Assembly: GCA_965222615.1 (NCBI GenBank)
Contig: CBDCUI010000007.1
Span: 416,001 to 480,000 of the forward strand
DNA length: 64,000 bases
Direction: 5' to 3'
From: Gammaproteobacteria bacterium
Lineage (GTDB): Bacteria > Pseudomonadota > Gammaproteobacteria > UBA4575
Shown: positions 60,814 through 64,000 of the stretch, one piece after another
How the letters are laid out: each line of letters starts with the position of its first letter
Position numbering within the stretch: the first letter of the stretch is position 1
Position numbers and translations under genes: made by a program
The notes under the pieces: generated by a model
What the model was told of the DNA's origin: nothing
Database searches by the model: none
The model's input: only the letters and a program-made list of their open reading frames with translations

Positions 60814-60849
60814 TTCGAACTCTCTTCTCTGTGTCTTATTTTTTATATA

Positions 60850-61260
60850 TTAATATGTGACCTTAGGCGGCAAATCTTTGGCTTGTTCAATCCAATCAGT
60901 AACGGTTTTAAGTGCAGGCAATTGTCTGACTAATTTTTTTTCAGCATTAACTGCTTCCATTGCAGTAGTTAAATTTTCAGCATTGCGATTACGTAATTCT
61001 TTTACTGTATCCACACCAGATGCTTCCAGTAATTCCGCATATTCACCGGCTACGCCCTTAATTCGAAACAAGTCACACATATTGACCCATTTAAGAATTT
61101 GACCCTCACTACAGCCCGATTTTTCTGCGCATTCCTTACGCCCTGCAGGCGTGCAACCTGCCTCTAGCAAACCATCTGTGTCAGTTATGCCGGCCTTGGC
61201 CAACATTTCAGCGTATTTTGGCCCAATCCCTTCGACTTCTTCTATTTTATTATTTGCCAT
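60850..61260 (-). CDS. DUF4332 domain protein
   Basis: EVEGIGP, DLFRIKGV..EYAELLEASGVDTVKEL, WIEQAK. Confidence 0.9.
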   Translation of the reverse strand: MANNKIEEVEGIGPKYAEMLAKAGITDTDGLLEAGCTPAGRKECAEKSGCSEGQILKWVNMCDLFRIKGVAGEYAELLEASGVDTVKELRNRNAENLTTAMEAVNAEKKLVRQLPALKTVTDWIEQAKDLPPKVTY

Positions 61261-61454
61261 TATGCTCTCCTGGATAAATCAGGCAATTGTTATGAATTTA
61301 TTATTGTTTCTGTACTTAAGTAGGATATAGATCCTCGCATGATGTGCAGTAACAGTAAATAATTATATCAAGCAGTTAAGGGTTTGGAATTGTAAATTAA
61401 AGTTAACACTTGCGGAAGCAAGCAAGACGTTGATTTATAAAGACTTATTTATCT

Positions 61455-62180
61455 TTATTCATTATCCACGTCTAGTACTTCACCTTTTACTTGGTCGAAA
61501 CTGGTATGACGGATGTCTTTGCCGGCAACGGTATAAATGACATATTCGCAAATATTTTTTGCGTGATCCCCGATTCGCTCTAATGAACGTGCACACCACA
61601 TTACTCGCAGTGAGCGCTTAATGGCACGCGGATCTTCCATCATATGGGTAATAAGTTGACGTGTGAGCGAATCATATTCATCATTAATTTCACGATCACC
61701 TTGCGCAATCATTAAAGCACTTTCAGAGTCCATGCGTGCAAACGCATCCAGACAATCATGCAACATCTGGCGAACCTTTTCGCCCAAATGCTTTAATTCT
61801 GAAAAATAAGTTGGCGTGCGTTCTGCGGAAGCAAGTTTTACCGCATGGCGACCAATCTTTTCTGCCTCATCGCCAATTCTTTCTAAGTCTGTAATTGTTT
61901 TAATAATTGTTACTACTAATCTGAGATCGCTTGCAGTTGGCTGTCGTCGTGCAATGATTTGCGTACATTCTTCATCAATCGCAACTTCCATGGAATTAAT
62001 TTTGTAATCGCTAGTCGCAACGTCCTCAGCTAGGCTACTATCAGAACGAGTTAACGCCACAAGTGCATTATCGACTTGCTTTTCCACCAGGCCGCCCATG
62101 TTCAGCACCTTGCTACGTAAAGATTCCAGATCTTCATCAAATTGATGTGAGATATGTTGCCCGATGTCTTGATATACCAT
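61455..62180 (-). CDS. phoU: Phosphate signalling protein PhoU
   Basis: HISHQFD, ARRQPTASDLR, DLERIGD, ERIGDHAKNI. Confidence 0.97.
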   Translation of the reverse strand: MVYQDIGQHISHQFDEDLESLRSKVLNMGGLVEKQVDNALVALTRSDSSLAEDVATSDYKINSMEVAIDEECTQIIARRQPTASDLRLVVTIIKTITDLERIGDEAEKIGRHAVKLASAERTPTYFSELKHLGEKVRQMLHDCLDAFARMDSESALMIAQGDREINDEYDSLTRQLITHMMEDPRAIKRSLRVMWCARSLERIGDHAKNICEYVIYTVAGKDIRHTSFDQVKGEVLDVDNE

Positions 62181-62215
62181 TTATGCTGCCTCTAACTAGT
62201 TATAGTGCTAGAAAG

Positions 62216-63058
62216 TTATCCGTAACGACCTGTGATGTAATCTTCTGTTTGCTTTTCAGATGGATTAGTAAATAACTGATCCGTTGCACCAAATTCAATA
62301 AGCTCACCTAGATATAAAAATGCTGTGTAATCAGATACACGAGCTGCTTGTTGCATATTATGTGTAACAATCACAACTGTGTAGTTCTCTTTCAATTGAA
62401 TAATGAGTTCTTCAATTTTTAATGTAGAAATGGGATCTAGTGCTGAAGCCGGCTCATCCAATAAAATTACTTCGGGTTGAATCGCAATAGCACGTGCGAT
62501 TACTAAACGTTGTTGCTGCCCACCAGATAACCCCAAGGCATTATCTTGTAAGCGGTCTTTTACTTCATCCCAAAGTGCCGCACCTTTTAGCGCCCATTCT
62601 ACACGCTCATCCAACACTCGTTTCTTATTTAAGCCTTGTAAGCGCAAACCATACGCAACGTTTTCATATACGGTTTTAGGGAAAGGATTAGGCTTTTGAA
62701 AAACCATACCAACTTTGCGTCTTAGCTCAGCAACATTCACAGACTTTTTATTAATATCTTCACCATGTAAAAACATATAGCCTTCTAGCCTCACTATATC
62801 AATCAAATCATTCATACGGTTCATACATCGCAATAATGTAGACTTGCCACAGCCACTTGGACCAATAAATGCGGTTACACGCTTCTCTGGTATAATTAGA
62901 TTGATATTCTTTAGCGCCTGGTTAGAACCATAAAACAGTCCAAACTCCCTGCACTCAAAACATGCAGTTTCATTTTCGATATTTTGACTCTCTCGATTGA
63001 GCAACACATCTTGTGAAATTGTCGGTGCAACCATAGTCATTTTTTCCTTATCTCCCAC
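62216..63058 (-). CDS. pstB: Phosphate ABC transporter ATPase PstB
   Basis: [32 protein letters not shown]. Confidence 0.97.
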   Translation of the reverse strand: MGDKEKMTMVAPTISQDVLLNRESQNIENETACFECREFGLFYGSNQALKNINLIIPEKRVTAFIGPSGCGKSTLLRCMNRMNDLIDIVRLEGYMFLHGEDINKKSVNVAELRRKVGMVFQKPNPFPKTVYENVAYGLRLQGLNKKRVLDERVEWALKGAALWDEVKDRLQDNALGLSGGQQQRLVIARAIAIQPEVILLDEPASALDPISTLKIEELIIQLKENYTVVIVTHNMQQAARVSDYTAFLYLGELIEFGATDQLFTNPSEKQTEDYITGRYG

Positions 63059-63114
63059 AGAGCCTTACATAATTAATATACATTCGCAATCTCAAACTAT
63101 TGAATTACATACAT

Positions 63115-63247
63115 GGGGTTCTGATTTAGTAATGTAACAACTGAGACGTGGCAAAAATATCGAGATGAGTAATGTATATGTTTTTCTACATGAGCAAAAT
63201 CGAGGTCATTTTTTTACAACGTATCAGAATAAATCAGAACCTCCCTA
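63115..63247 (+). repeat. Family A element, copy 10
   Basis: Arms ggggttctgatttagt / aataaatcagaacctc; ends at the pstA stop codon. Confidence 0.88.
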
Positions 63248-64000
63248 GTTTTGTTCTAAGTCTTTATATTTCTCCCTTAAATGATTTCTTGTGTAGATTG
63301 CAGCCAGATTTAAAATAACGATTACAATTACTAATATAAGTGCTGTTGCATATACCAGTGGACGGGCCGCCTCTACATTAGGACTTTGAAAGCCCACATC
63401 ATATATATGAAACCCTAAATGCATAAATTTACGTTCTAAATGGATAAATGGTGCATTACCATCCAGTGGCAAAGAAGGTGCAAGTTTAACCACACCAACC
63501 AACATCAATGGCGCAACTTCACCAGCGGCACGTGCTATAGCAAGAATTAACCCGGTCATAATTGCCGGACTAGTCATCGGTAATATAGTTCGCCATAGAG
63601 TTTCGGCCTTAGTCGCACCTAACGCCAGTGAGCCTTCACGTATTGAACGCGGGATTCGTGACAAACCTTCTTCAGTAGCAACAATCACCACCGGCACTGT
63701 AAGTAAGGCCAATGTTAATGACGCCCAAAGCAACCCTCCAGAACCAAAGGTAGGTGCCGGCAACGCCTCAGAATAAAATAATTCATCAATGGTGCCACCG
63801 ACGACATATACAAAAAAACCAAGGCCAAATACTCCATATACAATGGAGGGTACGCCAGCAAGATTATTTACCGATATTCTAACAAGTTGTGTAAAGAAAC
63901 CTTGCTTAGCATATTCTCGCAGGTAAATCGCAGCAATGACACCAAATGGCATTACTACAACAGACATCAGCATAACAGTTAGTACAGTTCCAAATATTGC
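63245..64000 (-). CDS. pstA: Phosphate ABC transporter permease PstA (5' truncated by window)
   Basis: NLAGVPSIVYG, EGSLALGAT, ARAAGEVAPL; frame open to the window edge (AIFGTVLTVM). Confidence 0.95.
   Translation of the reverse strand, partial: AIFGTVLTVMLMSVVVMPFGVIAAIYLREYAKQGFFTQLVRISVNNLAGVPSIVYGVFGLGFFVYVVGGTIDELFYSEALPAPTFGSGGLLWASLTLALLTVPVVIVATEEGLSRIPRSIREGSLALGATKAETLWRTILPMTSPAIMTGLILAIARAAGEVAPLMLVGVVKLAPSLPLDGNAPFIHLERKFMHLGFHIYDVGFQSPNVEAARPLVYATALILVIVIVILNLAAIYTRNHLREKYKDLEQN

Noticed and set aside
2863-62679. Many 60-115 aa ORFs antisense to or out of frame within core genes
   Set aside because: They are shadow frames of well-conserved genes with no independent support.
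9809-63247. CRISPR array interpretation of the repeats
   Set aside because: The copies are dispersed, mostly over 100 bp and not separated by regular spacers; no cas genes are present.

Overview
Window of an AT-rich gammaproteobacterial chromosome, mostly conserved core genes: dsbA-c4-engB, polA, type II thrB, a TRAP transporter, uvrD-ubiBJE, lysA-dapF-DUF484-xerC-hslVU, argH, fimS/algZ-algR-hemCDXY, an mrpEFG-B'BC-DDD antiporter operon, recG-ridA-spoT-rpoZ-gmk and pstA-pstB-phoU. The most interesting content is non-coding. (1) Five co-oriented, AT-rich small genes inserted between ubiE and DUF971 are bounded and separated by degenerate 11-8-11 palindromes (AATGTCCGCTT-N8-AAGCGGACATT type) shaped like recombinase core sites, and a further site lies at 49192. 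(2) Ten copies of a ~130-150 bp palindromic intergenic element (RPE/MITE-like) have terminal arms that co-vary within each copy. (3) A ~70-80 bp GGA-hairpin element is nested inside two other repeats at the same AGA^AAA target. (4) A ~113-nt sRNA with a consensus sigmaE promoter and C-rich loops lies between polA and engB (ErsA/sX13-like). (5) An unannotated 51-aa ORF has a consensus CsrA site just upstream. Gene calls come from recognising protein motifs by eye; no database search was run.
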